Assembly: GCA_963823555.1 (NCBI GenBank) | Contig: CAWGMA010000002.1 | Location: 256,001-320,000, forward strand | DNA: 64,000 nucleotides | Direction: 5' to 3' | Source of the DNA: Candidatus Eiseniibacteriota bacterium | GTDB taxonomy: Bacteria; Eisenbacteria; RBG-16-71-46; CAVPCR01 | In this document: positions 9,576 through 19,330 of the stretch, in pieces | How the letters are laid out: each line of letters opens with the position of its first letter | How positions within the stretch are numbered: position 1 is the first letter of the stretch | Notes under the pieces: generated by a model | What the model was told of the DNA's origin: nothing | The model's input: only the letters and a program-made list of their open reading frames with translations | Databases searched by the model: none | Translations under genes and position numbers: made by a program

Positions 9576-10961
9576 CTATTCGATCAGCCGGCCGAAGTCC
9601 ATCTCGCGGACGGGGCCGAGCCCTTCGACCTGTTCCCGAACCGAGTTCTTGTCGGCGACGAGGACCAGACTCATGTGTCCGGGAGCGAGGTAGGTCTCGG
9701 CAGCACGGCGGGCATCCTCCGTCGTGACAACCCGCAGGCGAGCCACGCGCTGAGCAATGTAGTCGGCCGGCAGATCGTAGAACGCGACCATGGCCAGGCT
9801 CTCCGCGATGTCGGATGGTGACTGCTGGCTCCGCGCCACGAACCCCGATATGAAGCTCACCGTGCGCTCGAGCTCCTCCGGTGTCGGTCCGGTGGCGCTG
9901 AATGTCCCGATCTCGTTGCGGGCGACATCGATGGTTTCGCGTGTCGTCTGCGACTTGGTGAACGTGGAGACGCGGACGAGCCCGGCGCTTCCTTCCTGGA
10001 AGAGACGGGCATGAGCGGAGTAGCTGAGACTCCGCTCGACGCGGATGGCCTCGAGGAGGCGAGAGGTGAAACCGCCACCGAGAATCGCGGTGGCGACGAT
10101 CAGAGCCGATTCGTCGGCATGGCCCCGGGGCAGACCGCGGTAGCCGATCCGGATCTGCGATTGCTCGAGGTCCGGCTTGTGGACCAGGAGGACCTGGGCG
10201 CCCGTCCCCGGACCGGGGGTGGGAAAGGTGGTCGCCGGTCGATCGCCCGGCCAGGGAGCAAAGAGTGTCCGGATCTCCTTCTCCATCGTCGCGGTCGTGA
10301 AGTCGCCGACCACGGCGAGAACCGACCCGCCGGGAACGACGAAGTCACGATGGAATTGTCTGATCTCATCCGCGGTCATGGCCGTGAGGCTCGCCCGGCC
10401 GCCGTCGAGCCGCTGCCCGTAAGCACTGCCATCGAACTCGGCGCGCCAGAGCGCGGTGTCGGCCAGCGCGCCGGGATCCTCCGCCATCTGGCTGAGCGCG
10501 GCGAGGAGCCGGGTACGGATGCGTTCCACTTCGGCCGGGGGAAAGGTCGGACGAAGGACGCAATCCGCTAGCAGCGTCAGCGCCTCCTCCGCGTGCCGGG
10601 TCATGACCGAGAGGCTCAGACGCAGGTCATCGCGGCCGGCCGTGGCATCGAGGATGGCCCCCATGCGGTCGAGGGTGGCGGCGATCTCCTGGGCGGACCG
10701 GGTCTGGGTGCCCTGGGTCAGGAGCGCTGCGGTGAAGGTGGCCATGCCCTCCCGGTCATCCCGGGGCACGGCAACCGCCCCGGCGGGGATGCGCAGGTGC
10801 GCCGCGATGAGCGGAAGCGAATGCTTCTCGGCGAGCACGACTCGGAGCCCGTTCTCGAGCACGATGGTGCGGGATTCCGGGAGCTGGATGACCTGAGCGC
10901 CGGTTGGGACCGTGGCAAGCAGGAGGAATGCCGCGGTGATCGCTGTCGCGAGGACCTTCAT
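9576..10961 (-). CDS. M16 (pitrilysin) family peptidase, non-catalytic-type subunit
   Basis: LENGLRVVL and ILGGGFTSRL...R.ERSLSYSA motifs; no HxxEH. Start overlaps the upstream stop (TGATG). Confidence 0.88.
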   Translation of the reverse strand: MKVLATAITAAFLLLATVPTGAQVIQLPESRTIVLENGLRVVLAEKHSLPLIAAHLRIPAGAVAVPRDDREGMATFTAALLTQGTQTRSAQEIAATLDRMGAILDATAGRDDLRLSLSVMTRHAEEALTLLADCVLRPTFPPAEVERIRTRLLAALSQMAEDPGALADTALWRAEFDGSAYGQRLDGGRASLTAMTADEIRQFHRDFVVPGGSVLAVVGDFTTATMEKEIRTLFAPWPGDRPATTFPTPGPGTGAQVLLVHKPDLEQSQIRIGYRGLPRGHADESALIVATAILGGGFTSRLLEAIRVERSLSYSAHARLFQEGSAGLVRVSTFTKSQTTRETIDVARNEIGTFSATGPTPEELERTVSFISGFVARSQQSPSDIAESLAMVAFYDLPADYIAQRVARLRVVTTEDARRAAETYLAPGHMSLVLVADKNSVREQVEGLGPVREMDFGRLIE

Positions 10962-12319
10962 CAGCTCTCCTCCGCGCTGGGGACGAGGATCCCGATCGTG
11001 CGGTTGGTTGGTACGAGGCACTCGCGCGCGACCCGCGTCACGTCTTCAGCGGTGACCTTGTCGTAGTCCTGCACGATGGCGAGGAGTCGCCGGCAATCTC
11101 CGTCGAGGACGGCGAAGCTCAAGAGCCGCTCGGTTCGACCGTTGTTGGTCGTGAGCTCGCGCAGGAGTGCACTCTGGGCCTGGGTGCGCGCCTTGTCCAC
11201 CTCGGCCGCGGTGATTCCCTCGCTCGTGATCCGGGCCACGAGCGAATCGAGCGCGGCGATCGTTTCATCGGGTGTTCGGCCCGGTGTCACATCGATCCAC
11301 TGATAGAGCAACCCTGGATGCTCCGAGCCGTCGATCCACGACTCGGCCCCGGTGGCGACCTGTCGCTCGTAGACAAGGTCCTGGTGGAGGCGCGAGCTCT
11401 CTCCGGCGCCGAGGATGTTGGACAGGAGATCGTAGGCGAGATAGTCGGAATGCCGCCGGCCGACCATGTGGTAGGCGGCGACCACGGCAGCCTGCTCGGC
11501 CTCGCGCACCACCTCGACACGGCGCTCCCCGAGCTGGGGATCCTCCGACTCGAGGACGGCGACCGGGGGGGCCTGGGCCGGGATCGCGCTGAAGGCCGCT
11601 TCGATCTGCGGGCGCGCCGCCGCCGGGTCGAAGTCTCCAGTCAGGCAGAGGACGGCGTTGTTGGGCGCATAATAGGTGCGGAAGTAGGCCTGGCAATCGG
11701 CGACCGTGAGGTGGTCGAGGTCCGTCATCCAGCCGATCACGGGATGGCCGTAAGGGTGCGCGTCGAAGGCGACGGCGCGCAGCTCCTCGTAGAGCTGCCC
11801 TCGCGGCGAGTCCTCGACCCGGCTCCGGCGCTCCGACTTCACGATGCCGCGCTCCTGCTCGAGATTCTCGCTGTCGATCTTGAGCGCCCGCATGCGGTCG
11901 GCCTCCATGTCGAGCACGGTCGCCAGCAGCTCCGGATTGAACTCTTCGTGGTAGAGGGTGATGTCCTGGCTGGTGAAGGCGTTCGAGTAGCCGCCTCCGC
12001 CCTCGAGGATCCGATCGAACTCCTTCGGCGGGTACTTGGCCGAGCCGTTGAACATCATGTGCTCGAAGATGTGCGAGATCCCGGTGATGCCGGGGCGCTC
12101 GTTCTTGCCGCCGGCGTGGAAGACGATGCCGAGGCAGATCGAGGGCACCGAGCGATCGGGTTGCAGGATCACCTGGAGTCCGTTGTCGAGCGTGAAGGTC
12201 TCGAGCGGGAAACTCTGGGCGCGGGCGGGGAGCGGGTTGAGGGTGGTGACGAGGAAGAGGAGCAGAAGCAAGGGCAAGGCCAGTCGTTCCGGAGAGGGTG
12301 GCCAGCGTGATTGGGTCAT
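10961..12319 (-). CDS. M16 family zinc peptidase, catalytic subunit
   Basis: LDNGLQVIL, GISHIFEHMMFNG (HxxEH), NAFTSQD, HPYGHPVIGW, YYAPNNA; signal peptide. Start could extend to 12331. Confidence 0.92.
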   Translation of the reverse strand: MTQSRWPPSPERLALPLLLLLFLVTTLNPLPARAQSFPLETFTLDNGLQVILQPDRSVPSICLGIVFHAGGKNERPGITGISHIFEHMMFNGSAKYPPKEFDRILEGGGGYSNAFTSQDITLYHEEFNPELLATVLDMEADRMRALKIDSENLEQERGIVKSERRSRVEDSPRGQLYEELRAVAFDAHPYGHPVIGWMTDLDHLTVADCQAYFRTYYAPNNAVLCLTGDFDPAAARPQIEAAFSAIPAQAPPVAVLESEDPQLGERRVEVVREAEQAAVVAAYHMVGRRHSDYLAYDLLSNILGAGESSRLHQDLVYERQVATGAESWIDGSEHPGLLYQWIDVTPGRTPDETIAALDSLVARITSEGITAAEVDKARTQAQSALLRELTTNNGRTERLLSFAVLDGDCRRLLAIVQDYDKVTAEDVTRVARECLVPTNRTIGILVPSAEES

Positions 12320-12431
12320 GGGCATCCTCATCGCGATGCTCGCTGCGTGTGTAGCGCGCTGCGGGGCGTGGGGCTCGAAACGTGGATGCCGATGCTAGCA
12401 CGAGCCTCTCTTGGTGTCTCGGGTCGCGCAT

Positions 12432-14786
12432 TCACGCCACCTGCTTTTCGATGATGGTGCTGGCGGCTGTGTGTTGGCGCCGGCACCAGGCGTGCCAGCG
12501 CTCGAGGGTGCGGCGGGCTTGGCGGTCGGGGACGCGGCGGCCGTTGGCGTAGGAGGTGAGGGCGCGGCCGGTGGTGGGGTGAATGCCGAGGCGGAAGATG
12601 AGGGCCCAGGGTGCCCAGCCGCCGATGTGGATCTTTCCCTGGTGGAGGAGTGCGTGGTGAGCGCGGCAGAGGGTGATGAGGTTCCAGGGGTGGTGGGTAC
12701 CGCCTCGCGCGCGGAACCAGAGGTGGTGGACCTCGAGGTGATCGCGGGAGGAGCAACCGGGGACGGCGCAACGGTGGCGGTCGCGGCGGAGGATGGGGTG
12801 GGTTCGCTGGTGCCGGCGGGCGGCAGGGGAGTCGTGATCGAGGAGGAAATGGGCGAGGAGGATCTCGAGGGGAGCGGCATCGGGCTGGGTGGGGGGGAGG
12901 GTGGCGCTGAAGATGGCGCGGCAGCGGCGGAGGGCGCGGCGGAAAAGGGCGAGGACGTCCGGTGGGGCCCAGAAACGGATGCGGGCGACGGGGTGGTCGG
13001 GGAACTCGGCGAGGGCGAGGTCGAGGCCGCGGATGCGAGGCGGCTGGCGAGGGCTGAGTGGTGGCAGGGGCCAGCCGAGGGGTGGCGTGGAGCGCGGGTC
13101 CGTGGGCGCGGTGGCAAACGCGTTGGTGGCGGGCAAGGCAGCGAGGCGCTGATTGCATGCCGGCGCGGCGGCAAACGCGTTCGTGGAGTCGGCGCGCTGC
13201 TGGGCGTAAGTGCGGAGCACGGTGGGGTGAGCACCGGGGAGCATGTAGAGGGCGGCGTGCTCGACGGTGCGCTCGATGTGGCGGGCGGCGAGGCCGCGGG
13301 CCCAGTCGAGCCAGAGGGCTTCGGTGGTGGGGTGGATGACGCGGAGTAGGGCGCGGGTGGCGGTGTAGTTGAGGGAGCCGTCGAGGTAGGCGCGGCGGAG
13401 GCGGCGGAGCGGGCGCAGCGCGCGGTAGAAGTAGCTCAGGTACTCGGCGTGCCGGCGGGAGCACCCCAGGCGGCGGGTGCAGTAGTCATCGTAGGAGCAT
13501 GCACCGAGGTGCTCCCAGGCGCGGGACAGCTCGAGGCGGTGGAGGTGCTGTCCGAGCTCGAGCCGGAGCCTTCGCTTGCGGGCGACGAGGCGGGAGAGGA
13601 CGGCGGTGAGCTCGAAGGGATCGGTGACGGTGTCGACCTGCTCCTCTGGGGCGAGAAGGAGTGGGGGTTCAGGTACGGGGTCTGCGGGTCTCCGCTCTTC
13701 CACTGACATCTCGCGGTCGCTGTCCTCCGACACAGGGATGAAGGCGTAGTCGAGGCCGCTGGCGGTGATGAGGTCGAGGAGGCTCTGGCGGCGGGGCTTT
13801 CGGTCCATGAGGCGAGCGAGCGCGGCGACACACTTCTCGTGGCGGGAGTCGCGTTCGTGGCGCTCGGTGAGCTCGGGGTCCTCGTCGCCGACGCGGGCGA
13901 GGTAGTCGGCGGCGATCCACTCGGCGCACTGGTGGAGTGGGGCCTCACGGCCGGCGGCGTGGCGCACGGCGTCGACGGCGAGGGCCCACAGCTCGCTGGT
14001 GCGTGCGGGGACCGCAACGGAGATCCAGTCGCCGTCGCGGGCATCGGGATCGAGGAGGTTGAGGCCGGGCCGGAGCTGGGCCTCGAGGCCGGCGGCGGAG
14101 ACGATGTGGGGCGCGGTGTCCTGCGTGGCGGCGGTGCAGATGGAGTCTCTAACCGGCACCCCGGCGTCCGCCGGCGCGTTGCCAGGGTCGGCGCTTGCGC
14201 GTGCATCACCTGGTGCCGCGGCAGCTGCGACCTCGGGCGCAGGTGTCCCGCTGTTTCCGGGATCCCCCTTCGTGCTCCCCTCATTCGCGGCGTTCCTCCG
14301 CTCGATCTCGGCGCGGACCCGGGCCGTGAGCTCGTGGACGGAACACCCGACGGCGCGCTCGATCCAGGCGCGGCGCTCGTCGGCGGGCGCTGCACTGCCG
14401 AGGAGGCGCAGGAGCGGCGGGACCTTGGAGGCGTGGAGGCGACCGCTGCTCAGGGCTGGCTCGAGCTCGGGCACGGCGGCGAGGGCGCGGCCAAGGCGGG
14501 CCAGCTGCCGGGCCTTGCTCTCCTTGATCCCGAGCTCCTCGTGGGCGAAGTCGGTGGCGCGGGCGTAGCCCAGGGGTCGGAAGAGATCCTGCTGCCAGAC
14601 ACGGGCCAGGCCCCGGGCGAGCTCGCGGTCGAGGGCGAGGTGGGCGGCGGCGAGCGCGCGGGTGTCGCGATCGAGCTCGAAGGCGGCGCGAGCCACGGCG
14701 GCGAGCGCGGCGGTGGTGGTTGGACCGCGCGGTGCGCTCTCCTGGCTCGCGCATGGTTCCTCGAGGCTGTCGGTGAGAGCGGTCAT
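12432..14786 (-). CDS. Large DUF222-like, internally duplicated HNH endonuclease (copy 1)
   Basis: C-terminal RDRHRCAVPGCSSRDHLEVHHLWFRARGG...NLITLCRAHH (Zn-HNH). Two N-terminal helical modules of the form 'LG[YA]...D[FY]...LG...A..L....RAL...L..A...G.L'. Confidence 0.85.
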   Translation of the reverse strand: MTALTDSLEEPCASQESAPRGPTTTAALAAVARAAFELDRDTRALAAAHLALDRELARGLARVWQQDLFRPLGYARATDFAHEELGIKESKARQLARLGRALAAVPELEPALSSGRLHASKVPPLLRLLGSAAPADERRAWIERAVGCSVHELTARVRAEIERRNAANEGSTKGDPGNSGTPAPEVAAAAAPGDARASADPGNAPADAGVPVRDSICTAATQDTAPHIVSAAGLEAQLRPGLNLLDPDARDGDWISVAVPARTSELWALAVDAVRHAAGREAPLHQCAEWIAADYLARVGDEDPELTERHERDSRHEKCVAALARLMDRKPRRQSLLDLITASGLDYAFIPVSEDSDREMSVEERRPADPVPEPPLLLAPEEQVDTVTDPFELTAVLSRLVARKRRLRLELGQHLHRLELSRAWEHLGACSYDDYCTRRLGCSRRHAEYLSYFYRALRPLRRLRRAYLDGSLNYTATRALLRVIHPTTEALWLDWARGLAARHIERTVEHAALYMLPGAHPTVLRTYAQQRADSTNAFAAAPACNQRLAALPATNAFATAPTDPRSTPPLGWPLPPLSPRQPPRIRGLDLALAEFPDHPVARIRFWAPPDVLALFRRALRRCRAIFSATLPPTQPDAAPLEILLAHFLLDHDSPAARRHQRTHPILRRDRHRCAVPGCSSRDHLEVHHLWFRARGGTHHPWNLITLCRAHHALLHQGKIHIGGWAPWALIFRLGIHPTTGRALTSYANGRRVPDRQARRTLERWHAWCRRQHTAASTIIEKQVA

Positions 14787-15092
14787 GGGATCGGTCTCCG
14801 GCGAGTGCCACGTCCACCGCGTGACATATCACGATGCATGCCAGCCGCCACGATCCCCTAAGTGCGCGTCATTGCATCCGCTCATCCCCGCGCCCCGCAA
14901 CCTCACCGCCAACCCCGTTCACACAACCGGCAACGGTGTTGACATCACCAACCCCGCATCACCAGCCCCGCATCATCACCGCCGCTCCAGCTGTTGCTTC
15001 AGCTTCCGGCCTCTAGGGTGCAGCCGCTTCCCGGTCCTCATCGGTGGAGGTGCGCAGCCACCGGCTCGGGAATGTGGGGAGCCCCACCACTT

Positions 15093-15166
15093 GACGGCCG
15101 CTCGAAGGCCTTCGGAGCTGGCGGCCGCTGGAATGCCTTCGGAGCTGGCGGCCGCTGGAATGCCTT
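15093..15166 (+). repeat. 27-bp tandem direct repeat (2 exact copies plus degenerate flanks)
   Basis: gccttcggagctggcggccgctggaat at 15108-15134 and 15135-15161, with partial copies on both sides. Confidence 0.85.
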
Positions 15167-15250
15167 TGTGAGGTTCGAGGTTCGCATCCGGGATCGCGGT
15201 GCCGGTCAGCGCGAGCAGGGACGTGAAGCGATCAGAGGGAGGCGCACGCC

Positions 15251-15856
15251 ATGCGTTTGAATCGAGTCATGTTGGCTGCCGGACCGGTCCTTGCTGTTCT
15301 CTGTGGATGGGGCTGGTCTCCGGCGGGAGCGGATGAAACGCCTGCAGAAGCCGAGCATCCCTCGGCCCATGAGGTCTCGAGCCTTCACGAGGGCCACGAA
15401 TACAAGAACGCTATCGGCGTCATCCTCGCTGGCACCTGGGAGAGCGAATCAGAGAGCACCTTCTTCACCACCGGGGCGGAGTACGGGCGCGAGATCACTT
15501 CACGACTTTCCGCGTTCGGCGTCGCCGAACATCTCGCCGAGATCGATGCCTGGGTGTTCGTCGGCGGAGTCGGGATCCATCCCTTCGGCCGTGGATCGGT
15601 GCTGGCGCCACTCGCGGTGAAAACCGGGCCTGGTTTCGAGAACAAGCGCCGCCCTGGCAGGGAACACGAGGGTAGCGAGTCTCCCGAGGAGGATGACAGC
15701 GAGAACCTCTTCCTCTGGCGTGCCGGGTTGAGCTACATGTTCCACACCGGCTCACGCGCTTTCGTGATGCCAGCGGTCGATGTGGATTTCGTGCAAGAGG
15801 AAGAGGAGTGGGTCGAGGCTGTCGTCTTCGGCGCGTGCATGGGCTACCGGTTCTGA
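15251..15856 (+). CDS. Small outer-membrane beta-barrel-like protein
   Basis: ggagg RBS; signal peptide; His/Glu-rich N-terminal linker; alternating amphipathic strands; terminal GYRF. Confidence 0.65.
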   Translation: MRLNRVMLAAGPVLAVLCGWGWSPAGADETPAEAEHPSAHEVSSLHEGHEYKNAIGVILAGTWESESESTFFTTGAEYGREITSRLSAFGVAEHLAEIDAWVFVGGVGIHPFGRGSVLAPLAVKTGPGFENKRRPGREHEGSESPEEDDSENLFLWRAGLSYMFHTGSRAFVMPAVDVDFVQEEEEWVEAVVFGACMGYRF

Positions 15857-15981
15857 GTGAGCACCCGCGGGCGCGATAGCCGCCGGGAACAGAGCCAGGG
15901 CGACGACGCAACCAGCGGGTCACTGCGCGGATTGGCGACCCACGCCGGAGTGCCGCCACCCGATCGAGTCGCCATCAGGCT

Positions 15982-16481
15982 TCAGCGAATGCGTACAAGG
16001 TGCTCGCTCGCAACGTGAATGCCGGCCTCCAGGCGGAGGAAGTAGCTACCGGAGGCCACCGGCCGGCCCTGGCTTTTCCTCCCATCCCAGTGGATGCGAT
16101 GCGCTCCCGGGTCGAGCTCGCCGGACACGAGTCGCCGCACACGCCGTCCCGCCGCATCGATGACATCGAGGCGCACCATGGTTCGTTCCGGGAGCACGAA
16201 ATCGATCCCGACGCGGTCGCGCGCCTGGAAAGGGTTCGGTCGAGGCGGACCTAGCAGGAGGGCGGGCGCGCCTGCCGCAGCGGAGACGGGGCCGAAGGTC
16301 GTGACCACCCCGACGCGGTCGAGGGCCTCGAGCCGATAGAAGTAGGCGACGCCCGGCTCGGCGCTGCGATCGAGATTGCTGCGTGGGGAGAGAGAGCGCC
16401 GACCCACAACCAGAGCGGGACAAGGCGCCGTGCCACCAGGCATCGTCGTGCGTTCCTTGCGTGCCGCGCGTCGTGCTCCAT
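15982..16481 (-). pseudogene. Remnant of a secreted FlgD-Ig/T9SS-like CTD protein: signal peptide fused out of frame to the C-terminal domain
   Basis: ggag RBS and ATG 16481 give a signal-peptide-like MEHDARHARNARRCLVARRLVPLWLWVGALSPHAAIS. From ~16372 another frame gives DRSAEPGVAYFYRLEA...PRPNPF...DAAGRRVRRL...WDGR...VASGSYFLRL...LVRIR*. Confidence 0.6.
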
Positions 16482-16495
16482 GACGAAACTCCAAG

Positions 16496-16621
16496 CCCCG
16501 CGCCACGCCGAGGCCCCGCGTCACGCCGAGGTCCCGCGTCACGCCGAGGTCCCGCGTCACGCCGAGGTCCCGCGTCACGCCGAGGTCCCGCGCCACGCCG
16601 AGGTCCCGCGCCCCGCCGAGG
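16496..16621 (+). repeat. 18-bp tandem repeat, 7 copies (VNTR)
   Basis: Unit ycccgcgycacgccgagg repeated head to tail with no spacers. Confidence 0.95.
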
Positions 16622-16647
16622 CCCAACCCCTCGCGGGGCGCTCCTCC

Positions 16648-18336
16648 CTACGCCGCCCCTCTCCGCTCGCCTGCGCGTAGCAGCAGATCGAGAACAGCCT
16701 TCCGCACCATGGTGACGCCGAAGAAGGCGATGAGAGCGGTGGAGACCACGTCGAACTTCCAGCCGAGGACGGCGACCAGGCCGAACCCAACCGCCAGCAC
16801 GAGCGAACCCAGGTCCACGCTGCGCTTCCAGCCCGCCGGTAGTAGCTGCCACCGCTCGGGGCCGGGGAGGACCTGCTCGTCCACCTCCGTCGCCAGCGTT
16901 TGCTTGCGGTCGGGAAGCAGGTGGACGGTGACGAAGCTCAAGAGGTAAGCCAGCGAGCCGATCAGGATCAGCATGTTGATCGAAAGCTCGCCACCGGCAA
17001 CCCCAGGGATGCCGAATAGCGCCGACTGCAGACCGCGAAGGACGCTGAACTCAAGTCCGTGGGTGTAGAGCCAGGCGCCGCTCGAGTAGCTGAAGGAGTA
17101 GGCCAGGTTCGATACCGACATGAACCCGGCGAAGAGGCTGCCGGCGGCGGCCACCGGGATCACGGCGCCGACCAGGCTGAAGGTGCTCATCCGGATCAGG
17201 CTGACCCCCACGGCGAGGAGCCCGTTGAAGGCTGAGAGGTAAACGAGGCGCGAGGTCTCCTCGCTCAGGAACGGAAGCACGCGGTGGATGCCGCGGGCGA
17301 TGGCGCTGAACCAGGGATCGACGAGCAGGTACTGCGTCAGGTTGATGGCGATGCTGATGAGAATGTAGAAGCGGAAGATCTTCCGGAGCCCGACCCGGTC
17401 CTGCCACTTGACGCCCTTCCAGGCGAAAAGGAGCACGCCGAGGAAGTAGCCGGCGTAGGTCACCCCGTCGGCGACCCCGATCTGCGTCTGCGAGAAGCTG
17501 AGCGATTCGATCAGATAGTTGTTCCAGAGCGCGCCCATCGCCGGCTGGAAATGGAAGATGAAGTAGAAGAGGATCACGCCGAGGATCGGACCGGTGTTGA
17601 GGCCGCGCCAGAACCCGAGAACTGATTGCTTGAGCGGGATGGGCGCGGCCCGGTCGCGCGGCAAGAGCAGGACGAAGGCGAGGACCGAGAGCGGAACCAG
17701 CGCGAGAACCACCATGAGCCCATGGAACGGGACGTGCTCCGCGAGATACCCCCCGAGGACGGCGGCCAGGATCCCGGTGCCGTAGATCGCCGTCCAGCAG
17801 ATGGCCTGGTTGAGCCCGACCATGGTCGCCTTGGAGCGGCCCGTCGCCTTCGCTTCCTCGTCGCCCGCGATGACGGTGGCGCGGTCGACCGAGACATCGG
17901 TCGCGGCCATCACCACCGACAGGGCGAACATCAAGGCGAAGAAGGCCATCGCTCCGGTGTCGAGGATCGGGGTCAGAAGGAACCCGAGCGCCCCCAGGCT
18001 CAGGAGCACGATCAGGATCGTCTTCGTCCGGCCGTAGGCGTCGATCAGGAAACCGAGGAGCGGTTTGAAGCTCCAGGCGAGGTACGATTTGGAGAAGAGC
18101 CCCTGGGTGGCCGCCTCGCTGAGTCCGTAGTCGATGCGGAAGTGACGGAAGAACGGCTGGTAGGTGATTCCCTGGAACGGGTTGGCCAGGCCCTGCAGCA
18201 CGTACTCCATGGCGAAGACGATCTTGAGCGGATGGATCCCCAGGACCTTGCGCACGGGGGGGGCGAGGGCTGTGGCAGGCGTGGTGGAAACTGGCTCGGG
18301 CAGCGCGTCCACTCCGGACCCGGTTTCGTGGCTCAT
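16648..18336 (-). CDS. MFS transporter (BT1 / folate-biopterin-like)
   Basis: At least 12 hydrophobic segments; LAWSFKPLLGFLID and ATDVSVD motifs typical of BT1-type MFS. Confidence 0.78.
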   Translation of the reverse strand: MSHETGSGVDALPEPVSTTPATALAPPVRKVLGIHPLKIVFAMEYVLQGLANPFQGITYQPFFRHFRIDYGLSEAATQGLFSKSYLAWSFKPLLGFLIDAYGRTKTILIVLLSLGALGFLLTPILDTGAMAFFALMFALSVVMAATDVSVDRATVIAGDEEAKATGRSKATMVGLNQAICWTAIYGTGILAAVLGGYLAEHVPFHGLMVVLALVPLSVLAFVLLLPRDRAAPIPLKQSVLGFWRGLNTGPILGVILFYFIFHFQPAMGALWNNYLIESLSFSQTQIGVADGVTYAGYFLGVLLFAWKGVKWQDRVGLRKIFRFYILISIAINLTQYLLVDPWFSAIARGIHRVLPFLSEETSRLVYLSAFNGLLAVGVSLIRMSTFSLVGAVIPVAAAGSLFAGFMSVSNLAYSFSYSSGAWLYTHGLEFSVLRGLQSALFGIPGVAGGELSINMLILIGSLAYLLSFVTVHLLPDRKQTLATEVDEQVLPGPERWQLLPAGWKRSVDLGSLVLAVGFGLVAVLGWKFDVVSTALIAFFGVTMVRKAVLDLLLRAGERRGAA

Positions 18337-18486
18337 GCGTTCACCTGACTCCTTGAAGCCTCTCATCCCGCGCCCGGCGGGGCTCGCCCGATCATAGCTT
18401 TTCCGTTCCCGGCACGCACACACCGATTCGGCCAGCAGCCCCGCTGCCGTATCATTCCCCGTACCCCATCACCAAGGAGGTGACCC

Positions 18487-19296
18487 ATGGATGGTTCATG
18501 CGCGCTTCCCGGGATCTACTCGCGCGGGGGCATGAGCGTCGAGCTCTACGACTCGATGCATCCGATGCCCGCGGCGGGGAACGAGGAACTGGCCTTTCTC
18601 CTCGAGCAGGCGGCGATCACCGGCGGGCCGATCCTGGAGCTCGCCTGCGGGACGGGCCGCGTGCTCTGGCCGCTCGCGGGGGCGGGCCACGAGGTCACCG
18701 GGCTCGACCTCAACCGGCCGATGCTCGCGCTTGCGGAGGCGAAAGCCGACCAGCACCCACCGGAGGTGCGATCTCGCGTGCGCCTCGTCGAGTCGGGCAT
18801 GCAGGAGTTCGATCTGGGCACGACCTTCGGGCTCGTCTTCAGCACCTTCCGCTCCTTCCAGGGGCTTCTCACGATGGAAGACCAGCGCTCATGCCTGCGC
18901 TCCGCCCATCGCCACCTGCGTCCGGGCGGGCGCCTCGTGCTCGATCTCTTCGATCCGCAGCTCGATCGCCTGCTGCCTCGCAATCCCTACGCGCCGCGGA
19001 CCTTGGGCACCTACCGCCATCCGCGTACCGGCAACTGCGTGCTGTGGGAATCCGTGGATCACATGAACGCCCCGGTCGAGCAGATCCTGACCGAGATCTG
19101 GCGCTGGACCGAGGTCGACCCGGATGGACACGTGGTCCGCACGGAGATGGAAGAGCTGAGGCTCCGCTGGACCCATCGCTACGAGCTCCATCACCTGCTC
19201 GAGCTCAGCGGGTTCCGGCTCTTGCACGAGTACGCCGATTTCATGAAGAACGGGCCAGCCTACGGGCAGGAGCTGATCGTCGTCTGCGAAAGGTAG
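18487..19296 (+). CDS. Class I SAM-dependent methyltransferase
   Basis: aaggaggt RBS; ILELACGTGRV, VTGLDLNRPML, HLRPGGRLVLD; C-terminal 'ELHHLLELSGF'. Confidence 0.9.
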   Translation: MDGSCALPGIYSRGGMSVELYDSMHPMPAAGNEELAFLLEQAAITGGPILELACGTGRVLWPLAGAGHEVTGLDLNRPMLALAEAKADQHPPEVRSRVRLVESGMQEFDLGTTFGLVFSTFRSFQGLLTMEDQRSCLRSAHRHLRPGGRLVLDLFDPQLDRLLPRNPYAPRTLGTYRHPRTGNCVLWESVDHMNAPVEQILTEIWRWTEVDPDGHVVRTEMEELRLRWTHRYELHHLLELSGFRLLHEYADFMKNGPAYGQELIVVCER

Positions 19297-19330
19297 ATCC
19301 CGGCCGGCGCGTCCGAGCGCCTGGCGCGAC

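Noticed and set aside
9576..12319. M16 pair as RiPP/PQQ maturation machinery
   Set aside because: No precursor peptide or linked modifying enzyme; both subunits have signal peptides, typical of common heterodimeric M16B peptidases.
12432..14786. HNH protein as Cas9/IscB or an IS transposase
   Set aside because: No split RuvC motifs, PLMP N-terminus, DDE/HUH motifs, terminal inverted repeats or target duplication were recognisable.
16496..16621. 18-bp array as a CRISPR array
   Set aside because: Units are directly adjacent with no unique spacers, and no cas genes are present.
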